Both the position numbers and the translations under genes were made by a program. This document shows positions 47,332 through 61,446 of a stretch of 64,000 nucleotides of DNA, in pieces. The notes under the pieces were generated by a model, which was given only the letters and a program-made list of their open reading frames with translations, was not told the origin of the DNA and did not search any database. Numbering within the stretch: the stretch's first letter is position 1; each line of letters begins with the position of its first letter. Source of the stretch: Isurus oxyrinchus (Eukaryota); NCBI GenBank assembly GCA_026770705.1, contig JANJGN010000029.1, forward strand, positions 28,148,001-28,212,000, given 5' to 3'.

Positions 47332-50300
47332 TGTGTTAAGGGGTATGCTTATTTTCCCTAAGTAAGCTACTGAAGACTGTAGTTTGTTACAAACATTGCT
47401 ATTTACCTACAGCTATATGGGCAGAGTTCTCCCATCCAGGCCTGAGGCCTGTGGCAGGGACAGGGACAGGGAGTGTTTCCTGCTGCAGAGACCAACAGGT
47501 TATCGCATGGCATCTTCCGTCCCCGGCCTCATTAATTATGCAGCTGGGGCTTTCATGACATATTCCATGATGGGGCAGGCTGGATGTCATTCGCCTCACC
47601 ATCATATCCAGGTACCATATTTAAAAGGCACCTGGACATCTGCTCAATACTAACACTATGAAGTCTGGAAGGGGAGCTGAAGGGCCAGCGCCTAAGTTTA
47701 GTGACACCTCCCTATGCGCCCTCCTGTATCATGTGGCGTTCTGGAGGAATATACTTTTTCTGACTGATGGGAGGAGGAGGAGAACGCCAAACAGGGAGAT
47801 CAGCCCTGATGGGCACAGGTGATCAATGCCATAAGTGACACAAGAGTATGAACGAACTCATTCACTCCGCCAGGATAAGTCTCATCAGATGGTCACATAA
47901 ACCGCAAAGAGACTAATATGTCAGGGCACCTGGGCCTCAGTGGCAACGGCATCGTGCCTCACAGCTTCACTGCAGTGCACCCACTCTGCGATGGAGTGAC
48001 CACTGTGCCCCTCTTGCCCTTCAATAGACATGGAACACTGCATGGAATGGGGGAGGAAAAGGGGAAATGGCTTAGGCACAGAGGGAACCAGCAACCGCTG
48101 CATATCAGATGTCTAAGCCTTCTCTTTGCATGTGGATGTGCTCAGCCCTCTGGAGGAAGCTGGCAATAATCCAGTAAGGATCCACCCATTGCATAGAAAC
48201 CTGAGGGTCAAATATGCCTCCATGTTGGAGGCAGCTGATGCTGTCACTTGCACTCTCCACTCTCACTTACATGTGCCACCAGGACGAGGCCAAGCACTGA
48301 CCGGGAGGACTCCCTGTCAAGCCTCAGGACCACCCCAAACCCAGAGAGGAGCCAGAAGAGAAGATGAGAGCTACACACCTGTAGAGGCGTCACAGCAGAC
48401 ACCTGCGCCTTCCACCAGGTCTCACAATCTGGCCGCTAGCCAAGCTCCCTGGCACTCGGAGGACAGCTGGGGAAGAGGCTTTTGTGGGATCCAAGTCAGA
48501 TGATGAGCCTCTGGAATCGGCCTTCGAACTCATGGTGGAGAGTCAGCAAGAGCCTTAGCAATATCAGGCACAGGTGTTGGAAATCCTCAACAGAGTGGCA
48601 CGCGAGTTGTGGACAAGACTGTTCGGCTGCTCTCTGATGAAGTGCTGCCCAAATATGTGTGCACTGAGGTCACCATGAGGAGTATGAAGGAAGCCATGGA
48701 GAACCTTGTGCAGCAGAACGCCCGGTTTCTGATGGAGATGCACGCAGACCTGCACTCCATCCTGGCCGCCATGGATGAGTTCCTGCAGTGGCAGGGTGAG
48801 AGGGTGATGGGACACCTCAACCTCCCTTCAGGCCCCCCTTCACCTCAAGGAGTTGCGCTGCGGTCCTCGCGCACCCAAAGGGAGGAGGTGCAGCAGCGGG
48901 ACACCCCTGGGTCTTCCACTCAGGACCCCCAGAGGCTGTCCACACCCTCCAAACCCGCTTTCCCTGTGACTCCTTCAACCTCATCCTCTGCCACCACAGA
49001 GCGATCAGCTGGCCCACAGGAGGACAGCCAAAAGAATACGGGGCTCTCCAGAGAATGGCTGCTGAAGTCATCAGAGGCAACATGGCAAATGAGTCAGCAG
49101 GCCATCTCCACCCCTGCTGTAAATGTCAGGGTAGCACGTAGAAGTGGCAGGCCAAGAGAAATCAAGAAATTTTGATCACAAGTGGTTGAATGGGTGAACA
49201 CATAATTGTCATAATTCAAACGTCTGTAAATATATTCACTTCACTGTAGTATGTCTACTATTTTCTTTCAGTGTCCTTCTAAAGGCTTTGCAAGTGGCCC
49301 CACCACCCCCCACCAAGCAGTTCTCCCACACACAGCCAATGCCCCCTGAGTGAACCTGCAGGGAGAAGGGTCTGTGGGAGGGCCTTTCGGACCCTAGTGC
49401 AAGCACTCTCCCCTGCATGTGGAGCTTTCATTCATCACACTCACCTCACTGGTCCTTGGAATTGTCAATGCTGCCTACTGGGGTTCTCTTTCAGTTGTCC
49501 ATCTGAGCTGACCTGCATCTCCACCCACCCACTGACCCAACTCCCATGCAGCACCTGTGCCCTTCCAACATGAGGCTCTATTTACTTTCAGTTTGACCAT
49601 CATGGTGATAGTAATGTTTTTCATGAGCTCCCCCACCATTCCCCCTCCCCCAGACGCCCATGTTCTTTCCCCCATCACTATTGATCCTCCTGGCATCACC
49701 TTCAACCTCCCCACTGTCACCTTCCAGCCCAAACTCTTTGCTCTTGAGAATGACCAGATGTACGTGCATGTTCCCTTCCTTCCTGAGCTTCCCACCCCTA
49801 TTCACATTGACCTTCCGACCTCTTCTGCCCACCCCTCCCCCACTCCGTGCCCATGTCTATCTCCATATCTCCTCTAACAACCTTCACCGCCCCTTCATCT
49901 GACACCTTTGAATCCTCACTCTCCCCCCCTACCGGTTCCCTCTGCCCGTTGTAACCTTGACAATACCCTCACATCACTCCCACTCTGAGTTCGCTCCCCA
50001 GGAGTTAAGTATTGACTCCACCGACCCCTCCCAGTGAGCACTTTCACCTATACCTTCACCTATATCCACTTCAGACCTGGATATTTCCTACCCACCCCAC
50101 CCCCCGCCCCCCAACCTCCCCCCCCCCACCCCCCCCCGCATCACCCCCAACCCCTCCTTCACTACCCTTCATTACCTCCTATTGCCATTCATCCTGCAGT
50201 TTGAGGATCTGACCCCATGGTAAAGTCCCTGGAAGATGGCCCAAAACCTTAACAAAGTCCCTGGGAGAGGTCCGATCCCATGCAAAGTCCCTTGAAGCCC

Positions 50301-53300
50301 AAAGTTGAAGCGGCTGCATGGAGAACTTCCACTTTCTGAAAGCTGCTTCATGGGGAATCCATGTGGATGAGGTTCCACACACCCTGTGCTGCATGTGCTG
50401 CGCCAGGGTGTGGTAGTTGGAGCCCTCCATTTTCTTCTCAGTGGATGTCCACAACCTGAGCAAGGCCCTTAAGGTAGGCCCTGACTTTGGCACACCGTGC
50501 TAGTCCAGACATGTTCTGGGAGAATTCCACCCTATGTGTTTAGTGTGCTTGTTGCATGGCCTGTCTTATTCAGAGAGACTGTAGTCTGACTCAAGCAGTT
50601 ACTTCAAACTGGTTTGTTTACACCACGTGCACTATATATACAATTAGCTACAAGATAGGCACATCTCTCTTGAGTTGAGACTCTTCAATCTGCTGAACAG
50701 AATCTCTAGCACATGACTGCTCATGTCACTGTTACATCATGATCTACATCACTCATTAATCCATTACATTAGGCACTCTACACGAGGTTGGAACTCCTCC
50801 TCACTCCAGATCGCTGTTACTTAGTCATGTGTTATTACATCATAGTTACATCAGCATCAGATGCTTCTGATGTTAACCCTTTACTGTACATCTCCCCCTC
50901 AAAGTTTTTATCCCAATTATGTACATCCCTTTACATCGCTCCTCAAAATCTCAGACTTCACAGGGTTAGTCTTTGAGGCACCTTGAACAGTCTCCCAGAT
51001 CTTGTTCTGTTCTTTCTGAGGTTGAGGACATTCAGAACTCTCTGTTCGATGGGTGGCTGAAGGGCTGCCTTGTTTCTCATTCTTTAACTCCTTCAGGATC
51101 TGATTAGGAAGCTCAAGTTTGGTTTCCTTTCCAAAAATGAACAGAAATTCTTCTTGCACTCCTTGCACATGTACTTCTTCCTAAAGAGAGAAATGGCCTG
51201 ACCACAGCCTTTACAGACTAAATTTTGGGACTTCAGGCACTGCTGTTTCTCCTTATAGTTCCCTGATCCATCTCAATCCTGTATGATCTCGGTTGTGGAG
51301 CTATTTCTATTATTAAGTCTCTTTTTGTCGGCCTCGTATCCATACTCTCTTCCCGAGCTGCAGCACCAATAAGTCTCATGCTCTGTGCCTGAAGTGGAAG
51401 TTGTGAGCTTGCTTTTGCCTCTGTTCCTCCTCACGCTTTTTAATTGTCACATGGTCATTCAAGGTGACATTTGGTTCTAGTTTCTGTTGCAGAGCTGGAC
51501 ATTGTGTTCTCAGTTGTCTCCCATTAATAATGATGGTGAAAACTAGTTTTGTAGCAGTGAGGTTTGATAACTAAAAAGGGCTAAGTTGAAATCTTCATTC
51601 TTCGTTAAGTTTTTGATGACTCGAACAGCTCTTTCAGCTTCTCCATTTGCTTGAGGTTACTGAGATGAGCTGGTTATGTGAATGAAATGACAGTCTTTTG
51701 CAATATTGTGGAATAAATCATTAGCAAATTGCAGCCCATTGTCTAACACCACAATGTCCAGAATGCCATGTGTTGCATAAATCCTCTCCAATTGACTCCT
51801 TCTGCTGTGATGCTGTGCAATCTGTTCACTTCAGTCCACCTTGAGCAGTAATCAATGACAATAAGAAATTAAATCCATTTCCAGGCGCTCCCACGGCCTT
51901 GATGGAAAAGAAGAGGAAGGCAGTGGTTCTATTTGTTCTTGGCTTTTCACTGCCCATGTAAGGCAATTCAAAATTAACTTCTCAACAGAATGAGTAATGC
52001 CTGGCCACAAGATTGATATTGCTGAGCTCTTGCTTGACATTTTGCTATCCCTAAGTGACCTTGATTAATTTTTTGGAGAGTATCAACTCGAAGTAGTCTC
52101 GGAATGACTATTTGTCCTTAAAAACTAGGAGGTCACACAATGATTGTGAGGTTCATTCTCTGAAGTACTGCTATAGTACTGGGTTGTTAGGTGTATAGTC
52201 TGGCCATTCTTGCCAGACAGAATTCCTTTCTCTGGGCACATTCATCATTTTGCCATTGTGCTTATTTTATCTCCTGCATCTTCTTTGCAGTAGCAGGTAG
52301 GTGTTTGGTAATGAATGATGTATACGTTTCTACCTCCTCGATTAAGTTCAAATCTTCTATTTTTGTTCCTTCAACTGGTATTCTTGATAGTGCACCCACT
52401 GTCCTCTGGTACTTCCCTTGAACATACTCGGTCACTGAATCATGCCTCATTCATTTCAGTCTGAAGCATTGAATTCTAGGTGACACTTTTGCAATCTCTT
52501 TCATATTCAGGAGAGTAGCTAATGGCTTATGGTGTGTTTCTATTTTAAATTGCAATCCCCTCACAAGGTCTGAGAACTTTTTGCACACTAACATTGCAGC
52601 CAGCGCTTCTTTCTAAATTGTGGCATATCTTTTTTCTGTGCCTGTGAGTGATTTTGAGGTCTACATTTACCATCTCTCTGTACTTGGAATAAAATGTGCC
52701 CGGACCTTTAGACTATATACCTGCTGCTACTATAGTCAGTAGTTCGGATCGTATTGCGCTAAAATTTAAGGGGAAATTAGAAGATTCTTGATCTTGTCAA
52801 AAGCATTTTGCTAGTCTATATTCCAGCACCACTGTTGACCTTGTCTCAACAGCTCTCTCGACAGCTCATTGGTTTCTGCCAAATTTGGTAGGAACTTGCC
52901 TACTTGGTTAACTATCCCAAGGAATCCTTGTGGCTCTGTAAATTTCCTAGGTTGTGGAAACCTTCATTTGAGGATGGGGTTATCCCTGAGGCTTACACAA
53001 TGTGCCCTGGAAACTTAATCATTGGCTTTGCAAAATCACATTTCTCATTAAATTTCAAACCTGCATCCTGGAGAACTTTCAGAACTGCTCTTACTCTATG
53101 ATCATGCTATTTCCTCATGGAGTCTTGTAAGAGAATGTCATTCACATGGCATATTACTCCTTCTATGCCTTCTAGGATCTGAAGTATTGATCTCTGGAAT
53201 ATTTCTGGAGCAGACACAATTCCAAATGGTAATCTATTAAAGCCATAATGGCTGAATGGTGTTATAAAAATGGTAAGCACTCTGGATTCTTTGTCCAACG

Positions 53301-54351
53301 GCAATTGCTAAAATCTACTGTTTGCATATGGTGAATAGGATACTTTTAGCAAGGTTGGCAAGTTGCTTCACAACTTGTACTGTCTTAATTGGAATTAGAT
53401 CTTCTTTCGTTTGTAAGAGATCTGACAGAGCTTCATTCAGGACTCCAACTACTGAGCAATAACAAAACAGTTCATCTTCCAGTATTCTTTAATCGCAGTT
53501 TTCTGCCAACCTGTAAAGATCATCGATGAACAAATCCATGCTTTTACCTGGTCTCTGTTTTCACTTGTTAAATTAATTTTGTTCATACTATAAATTAAAT
53601 TTTTGTGAAATACGAATCAAATACCTGAAGGACGTCATTGTAAGAATTTGAAGTCTCACTGAGTCTCTGTCCCGCTATTACATCATTGGCAATAGCTCCA
53701 TCTGCATAGAGTAAAGTACTAACCTGATTCTTTTGATCCTTTTTGTGCAAACCAGAAGCAGTTCTATATCTGGAAATCTTCTTTCTTCAGTTGTTCCAGT
53801 GCTGAGCTTGTCGTGAGTCTTCAGTGCTTCGGAATAGTGTTGGGATTGGCAATGTAGATACCATCCTTGTACAAAGCCCTGGACTTGTTGCTGCTTCACA
53901 TGTGTTGCTTGTTGATTAAGGTCTTTACTCACTGTTCTCTGGACTCTGGGGCTGTGTCTCGGCTTGCACCTGTTGCAGTCGCAATGCGCTGACTTTGTGA
54001 GTCTTCTACCATTCCTTTAGTCCTTCTTTCAAGGATCTGTTAGATTATCAGGCCTGTCACTGTTTCTTGAAGGTTTTCTGGGCCTTTTACTTGCAGCCTG
54101 CTGCCAGCTTGTTTCATCGTGTGTTCAGGGTCAAGATGTTGTTCTTCAGGGTTTGTCTATTTTCCCAGGTGAGCTACTCAAGACTGTAGTTTGTTAAAAC
54201 CATTATTATTTATTTACAGCTCTATGTACATCGTAGGAACTCTACAAGTGGTTGGAACTCTACCTCCCTCCAGATCTCTGTTACTTAGTTGTGTGTTTTA
54301 CATCATAGTTATGTCAACATCAGGTGCTTTTGATGTTAAACCTTTACTCTA
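47332..54351 (-). mobile_element. Degraded Gypsy element; gene-proximal LTR (47332-50890) split by a Harbinger and a second LTR-like insert
   Basis: 47332-47418 plus 50781-50890 reconstitute the LTR seen at about 54138-54351; PPT at 50891-50900; RT FITPF...NRLPFGIVSAPEIFQ; integrase remnants. Confidence 0.75.
47419..50532 (+). mobile_element. PIF/Harbinger element with Myb/SANT-like ORF remnants
   Basis: TIRs GGGCAGAGTTCTCCCA / GGGTGGAATTCTCCCA, 3-bp TSD tat; APKFSDTSL motif and the 188-aa ORF at 48609-49175. Confidence 0.75.
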
Positions 54352-54379
54352 CGGTTTGTGCTAACATAATGCTGAACAA

Positions 54380-54600
54380 TTATTAAAATTGGGATTCTTT
54401 ATTCCTCTTAGGCAGCCCATTGGAATTGAGGCTGACTTGCTTCCAGCCCAGTTCAATGTGTTCTGAGATGGCTGAAAAGTCCAATGCGTGATCTGCAGAC
54501 TCTGCTACATGCAGGGCATGTGGTACTTGAAGGTTTGGATCGATGAGACGTTTGGACATTTGAGCGCTTTCTCTGATCACCTTTTTTGCCACCATATTTG
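54380..54600 (-). mobile_element. RTE-like LINE 3' fragment
   Basis: ctcttaggcagccc...gaattgaggctgacttgcttcc terminal motif; family assignment tentative. Confidence 0.4.
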
Positions 54601-54844
54601 GAGGACCTTATGAAAGCAGCACTGATGGTTCTTCTCAGTCCTTTGAAGCGCCTGCTGTAGGTTTACCAAGTCTCTGAATCATTTAGGAGCAGGGGGATCA
54701 TTGCTGGTTGGTAAACCACGATCATAGTCTCGAGTTTAAGATCCTGGTACCCTTTCCCTTAGGTGGCCCAAGGCTGATCTTGCATATTGAAGGCGATGAT
54801 GAATTTTGTCATCTATGTCTGCTTTTGTCAAGTGATGACTTGAG

Positions 54845-55195
54845 ATGAGGCGGTGGCTTAGTGATAATGTCACTGCACAGGTTCAAATCCCACCATGGCT
54901 AACTGATGGAATTTAAATTCAATTAATTAATCTGAAATATAAAGCTAATGTCAGTAATGGTGACCATGACCATATCATTGATTGTTGTAACAACCCATGT
55001 GGTTCACTAATGCCCTTTAGGAAAGGAAATCTGCTGTCCTTACCTGGTCTGGCCTACATCTGACTCCAAGCCCACTGCAATGTGGCTTACTCTGAAATGG
55101 CCCGGCAAGCTGTTCAGTTCAAGGGGTAATTAGAAATTGGCAAAATGTGCTGTCAGTGACACCCACATCCCATGAAAGAATCAATAATGAAAAAG
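54845..55195 (+). mobile_element. tRNA-headed SINE
   Basis: A-box-like tggcttagtg, B box ggttcaaatcc, conserved body and LINE-type tail. Confidence 0.8.
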
Positions 55196-56023
55196 GCCCA
55201 CATTTTCCAGGATCTCACAGGCAGAGCAGACGCCCCATCAAGTCTTGCTTCTTTCCAATGAGAAATTGCTGCAGCGTAATGGGTCACCTGGAATTAGGGA
55301 TTGTTTCAGGCATCCTGCCACACTGCAGGACTCCACTATGATATAACCAATGCAAAACACCAACAGATTCTTATTCTGCTTCGATATATAATCCACCCAA
55401 AAAAGACTTGAAATTATATTACACAGAATATCTTAAATAAATATCTCAATGCTTTTACATGTAACAAATTATTCTGAAATACACCGACTATGATGTAATT
55501 AGCTATGGCTGCCTTGGGATTACTTATGGTGAGATTGAGATGACATTGTTATAAGAGGGTCTGTGGGATAGTGGGTGTGGTGAAAGATTGGAACAGTGTA
55601 CAAAGGATGTATTTAGGAACTTGGTTAGAGATATTTCAAACACACAAAAGGCAGTTGTATATTGTGAATTTTACTATTTTGAATGTTTTTGTTATGTTGC
55701 TTTCCTAGAATTCAATTTAGTGAGAAAAGATGACGGTGGCAAAAAAGGTTATTCAGTAAATATTTCAAGTGCTTTGATTGGTTGTGTTTCTGCTGCTGAC
55801 TGTTTGTAGTTGGTTCCTGTGTTTAATTGTTAGATTTTGAGCGTCATAATTAGTAATCCTTGTTGCTGTTTGCCATATACTCATTGTCAGGTTCAGAACA
55901 TTCTTAGTTGTCATTTGCTGTTTTATAAACCAGAGATTTGAGACAACCAAGTGGCAGTTAACATGGAAATTTCCATGCATACAAGTGTGATGATAAAATG
56001 CAGATTCAACAATGGCCATACAG

Positions 56024-57010
56024 TGGGCAGAATTTTGAGTTTGGCGGGTGGGCATGGTGGATGGGCCCAGGAGTGGCCGGGAAACAGGTCACCGCCCGCG
56101 ATCAGCCCCTGATCGCGATTTCCTGTTGGTGGGCCAATTAAGGCCTGACCGGGGTGAAAGGCCAAGCAGACCAATAACGACCCAGTGGCTGGTTTAAAAA
56201 TGGCCCAGGCAGCCTCTGGAAGGCTAAGGCTGCCATGGAAGAACATCTGCTCTGCGTTAGCAAAGTGATGGAGTCGAGTATGGCTGGAGACAGCAGGCAG
56301 GAGGGCAGATCGGGTGGGCATTCAGCAGCCCCCCCCACCCCGCTTTTTGGATGAGTGCCTTGCGGTCCTCCTGGAGGAGGTGGTTGCCAGGAGGGACACC
56401 CTTGTCCCCAGGGATGGAAGGAGGAGGCCACCATATCTCACAAACAGCATGGGAGGAAGTGGCAGCACTGATTAGCAGCCATGAAGTGGTGCGGCGCACA
56501 TGGGTGCAGTGCCGGAAGAGGTTCAATGACCTGCTGTGCTCAGGAAGGGTGAGTACCGTGTTGGAATGGATCAGTGTGGTGAAATGTTAAGGTCTGGCCA
56601 TCCTCCAGTGGACCTCAGGGGTGTTAGAGTCTGAGTGCCAACTGTCAGTGATGCTGGAGCTGGCCAAGGGGGTGTGCCCTGGCTGCTTAAAATGAGTGCC
56701 TTGTGGCTCGAGGGCCACGACTCGGATGTACCCTGCGAGGTGTTCCTCAGCTGGGATTGGCCAGGCTACAATGGTGCTGCAGGTAGAGAGTGGACTTATC
56801 AATGCTCCTCTGTCCTTTCAGGAGAAGATGAGCCATAACCAGGCAGAGAGGTCATGTACAGGCGGAGGCCCCCCCCAACCTGCCGCTGCTCACCAGGTTC
56901 AAGCAGGATGCCCTTGAGCTGGAGGGTCGGCAGGCTCCACATGCAACCGGGCGTGGAGAGGCGGGGGTGCCAGATGAAAATAAGAGTGCAGTGCACAGAG
57001 GTGAGAGTTT
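56024..57010 (+). mobile_element. Harbinger left end with Myb/SANT-like ORF
   Basis: TIR gggcagaatttt; AWEEVAALISSHEVVRRTWVQCRKRFNDL. Confidence 0.75.
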
Positions 57011-60000
57011 CGGATTCATCAATTTCGGAGTCCTGCACTTCTACCTCTTTCTCATCATCCACCATAACTAATATCTCTTTTTGTCCCTCTTCCCGGTCAA
57101 TGTACTTTTTAAGCATATTTACATGATACATCTTCTGCTTCTGGAGTATTTATTAAATAATTTACTTCTCTCAATTTCCTTTCAATCCTGTAAGGTCCAC
57201 TAAATCTTGTATTTAATGAATCCCCTAGTACTGGTAATAAAACTAATACTTTCTCTCCAGAAACAAAATTGTGAATTTTAGCCTTCTTATCTGCTTTCAC
57301 TTTCATCACTTGCTGTGATATGAAATTTGATCCATGATCTGATTTGTATTTCTTTAGGTAAACCACATCTTGTAAAAAAAAAGTCTAATTAACTCCTCCA
57401 CAATCTTCTTAGCTGTAATATTTCTTAAAATGTATCACTTCAGGAAACCTAGTAGACACATCCATTATTGTTAATAAATACAGATGTCCACTTTTAGTCT
57501 TAGGGAGGGGTCCTACACAATCAACCATGACCTTGGTAAAAGGTTCTTCAAATGCTGGTACTGGGATTAAAGACGCTGGCTTAATCACTGTTTGTGATTT
57601 TCCTGTTACTTGACATATTTGACAGGTTCTACAGAATTTGACTACATCCCTATGCAATCCTGGCCAAAGAAACCCTTTATCTTTTCCTGTGTTTTCCTAA
57701 TTCCTAAATGTCCCCCCATTGGAATTTCACGAGCAATGCTCAGAATCTCATTTCTATACCCTAATGGGATAACTATCTGATCTACCTCGCTCCAGCTTTC
57801 ACTTGCTGAGACATGATCCAACCCACCACCTTCTCATCAGAATACCTGCCCAAAGATAATAACACACCAGAATACATTTTGCTTCGGTTTCTGAATTCGC
57901 TTTCTGATATAACTATTTTAATTGCAAATCATTTTTCTGTAACTCCACTAACCTCTTTGAGTTAAATACTTCAACTGAACTGTCCTGCATCCCTCCCTCC
58001 TGAACAATATTATCAAATACAGTGCCAGTTAATTGGATTTTGACACCTTCTTCTTGCCTCTGAACTGCCTGCTTATCTTGTTTATTTTGTTCTTCCCTAC
58101 GAACAATCCAGGATGTTCTTTCTGTAGCACTTCTGTGGAAAACACGACTGCAGGCTGCTCATACCATAGGCATCACCCACATTTGCGATCCAGTTATATC
58201 ATTACCCAGAATAAATTGAACCCCTGCAAAGGGCAATTTTTCTACTACTCCAACTATAACCTCACCTGTCTTCCATCTGCTCTTTAAATTTACCTTCCAC
58301 GGCGGAATAGATTTAGCATCTCCATGAACCCCACTTATTATTACCTTCTCCTGCAGCACTCCCTCTGAGTAACAAATACCACTATCCACAACATTAAGGA
58401 TTGACTAGCATCTGTGCCTCTTAAAATTTTAACACCTTTACCTACTCCACCTTCACATTCAAAGTCTTTAAACATTTCTGCGACCTGCTCCTCAGAATTC
58501 TCTTGAGTAAACTATGAACACATTCCCTCTTCTTTACCTTTCACTGATTCTCTCTGTTTCACCTGTACACAAACCATTGGTTTCTCCTGTGCCTGAACCT
58601 CAGAACCCACAGTACTTTTACTTCCAGAGCTTTTCTGTACTCCAATAATTCCTACAGATTTTTCCTGCAACCTCCAACACACTGACTCAGTGTGCCTCAC
58701 TTTATTACAATGAAAACACCTCAAATTTCGAATGTCACTTCTACCTTCAATACCTTCCTTTTTGTTCTGAGAAAAATCTTCCTGGGAACTTCCAGCTCCT
58801 CCTCTTCCCTGACTACCTGCCTTCCTTTCACCTTCCCCTTTTTATTCTTTTCCAATTTGAAAGGGTGACGGAAAAAAGGTTTAGCTCTATGAACTAACTC
58901 ATAATCATCAGCTATCTCTGCTGCTTGTCTTATAGAATCAACCCTCTGTTCCTCCACATGAGTTTTCATGACCAAAGGGATTGAATCTTTAAACTCTTCC
59001 AAAAGAATGACTTCCCTAAGAGCTGCATAGGTTGTCTCTCTTTTTAACGCCCATATCTACTGGTCAAAATTACCTTGTTTTACTCCTTCAAACTCAATAT
59101 AAGTTTGCCCAGGCTGTTTTCTTATATTCCTAAATATCTGCCTGTATGCTTCAGGAACCAACTCATATGCACTCAAAATAGCTTTTTTCACCACATCATA
59201 ATCACCAACATTTCTTCTGAGATCGAAGCATATACCTCAAGCTCCTACCTAATAACTTAGATTATAATAATAATGTCCAGTTTTCCTGTGGCCATTTCAT
59301 CTGTTTAGCTAGCTTCTCAAATGAAATAAAGAATGCTTCAATATCTGTTTCCTCAAACTTTGGAAGAGCTTGTACAAATTTAAACATCCCACTGGGTTCT
59401 ACACTGGAGATAAATCCTTCCTCACCTACTGATGTCTCTTTTCTAACTGCCGACATTTTCAGTTGGAATTCTCTTTCTCTCTCTCTTTTTCTTTCCTCCT
59501 TCTCCATGTTCACAATTTCTAATTCCCTTTTAAAAGCCATTTCTCTGTCCTTTGCTTCTAATTCAAGTTTTTTCATTTGCAACTGAAGTCTCACTACCTC
59601 CACTGTGACTCACTAGTGTCAGGTTTCACTTCCAACTGTAGATGCTATACTTTTAACTATATCTGATTTCCTAGCCCCCACAGGTGACCCCAATTTTAAT
59701 TTATCTGCCAACTCCGTTAACTTACTTTTGGTTATTTTCTCCAACCCTCTCAGAGTTATCTCTTCTACTTCCAGACAAGTCTTAGCAATTGCCAAAGCCA
59801 TCTTGCAGTCTCATCACTTCTAAAATACCTCACCAACTCCTGAATTCAAAATGCCTCTTGTACTCATAAGCTTAAGATTCACCAATTCCTAACCAATTAA
59901 GGATTAGAAATATAATTTATCCTGGCACAGCCTCCAATTGTTGTGACTGATGCAGTTGGTAAAGAGTTATTTTTAAAAACCCCAGAGGGAAACTTTAAAC

Positions 60001-60641
60001 AACTGCCATAGCCAATAATTTTAAGTGTTATGTTTGAGATGCAACTCTAAACTCAGGAATCAGACCACTAGTTATTGAGGTTTTACATTAAACTAAATGA
60101 AACATTTTATTAATTTACACAGGTTAAAACATATATACACATGGCTACAAAATACTACTATAATAACTTTTAACAAATTCCCAAAGAAATCTCCATTAAG
60201 GCAACAGCAACCCATAGATTTAACCAAACACCAGGCACAGCATATTCACCTTACGAATTCAAAATAAGGTTCTTTTCACTGTGGAGCCAGTTGGAGGCGT
60301 GCAGCTGCCTTTTGCTCTTACATTGCCCCTGCTCTGCACAACCAAAAACTACTGAAGTTATACCTACCAGCCCCATTGAATGTTAATTCTCATTGTACCA
60401 ACAACCTCCTTGAACTTCACTTTTCAACAACGAAATCCCTTTCATAATACACCCCACTTCTTGAATGCTGTATTCAAAAAATACAAATGCACAATATCTC
60501 TCTTACATATCAAAACTAGTACATATCAAAGCACCCAGACTAGCTGGCTTTAATCCAATTAAGACATACCAGCAGACTAAACCTCTATTTTAAAAGAAAA
60601 ATGTTTTCCAAAATATTATATACATTCATAGCTTCATTACA
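57010..60641 (-). mobile_element. Truncated Gmr1-like Ty3/Gypsy element (LTR-gag-PR-IN)
   Basis: 5' LTR 59939-60641; PBS-like TGGAGGCTGTGCCAGGAT at 59919-59936 (compare tRNA-Pro PBS); gag with CFHCNKVRH knuckle; protease remnant; integrase CRTCQIC...VDCVGPLP...GPY directly after PR. Confidence 0.85.
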
Positions 60642-61446
60642 AATGGACTGAGATAGGGAACTTTTGTTAACTTATATGATTTTAAGGCCAGCCTAGACAC
60701 AAGTTGTACAGTATAACTACTTCTCTGTGAAGGAGACAAGTGACTCCTTTATGAATTAGTATAGATTTGTGATTCTAAATTTACCCCATTCTCCTTTATT
60801 TGATAGTGCTCCATAATCCCAACTGAAATTAGCACTTCACTTTGTGTAATCCAATTTCCCCACTACATTGTAGTAGATTATTAACACAGCATGAGAAATG
60901 GTGGCATGGGGTGGTGATTTCACTGTACTTATAATTCAGAAACCCAAGGGACATGGGTTCAAACACAACCATAGCAACTGATGAATTTAATTGAATTGAT
61001 TAATAAATCTTGAATTGAAAGCTAGCCGTGGTGCCATGAAACAATCATCAATTGTAATTAAAAGCCCATCTTATCCACTAATGTCTTTTAGGGTAGGAAT
61101 CTGCTGTTCTTAGCCTCGAGACCCACAGGAATGTTGGTGACACTTAACTGTCCTCTGAAATGGCCTAGCAAGATACTCAGTTGTAGTAAGTCGCTACAGA
61201 AAAGTTGAAAATGTATTTTGAATGGACCACCTGTCATCGACTTAGGCAACAAAAATGACAATGGCACATCCAGCCCTGTCAACCCTGCACAGTTCTCCTT
61301 ACTAATATCTGAGAGCTGGTGCCAAAATTGGGGAGCTGGTAAGCAACAGCCGGACATAGTCATACTCATAGAATTATGACTTACAATGTCCCAGACACTA
61401 CCATCACCATCCCTGGGCATGGCCTGTCCACAGGCAGAACAGACCC

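Noticed and set aside
48609-49175. 188-aa ORF as a host gene
   Set aside because: Inside the TIR/TSD-bounded Harbinger; consistent with the C-terminal part of its accessory Myb-like protein.
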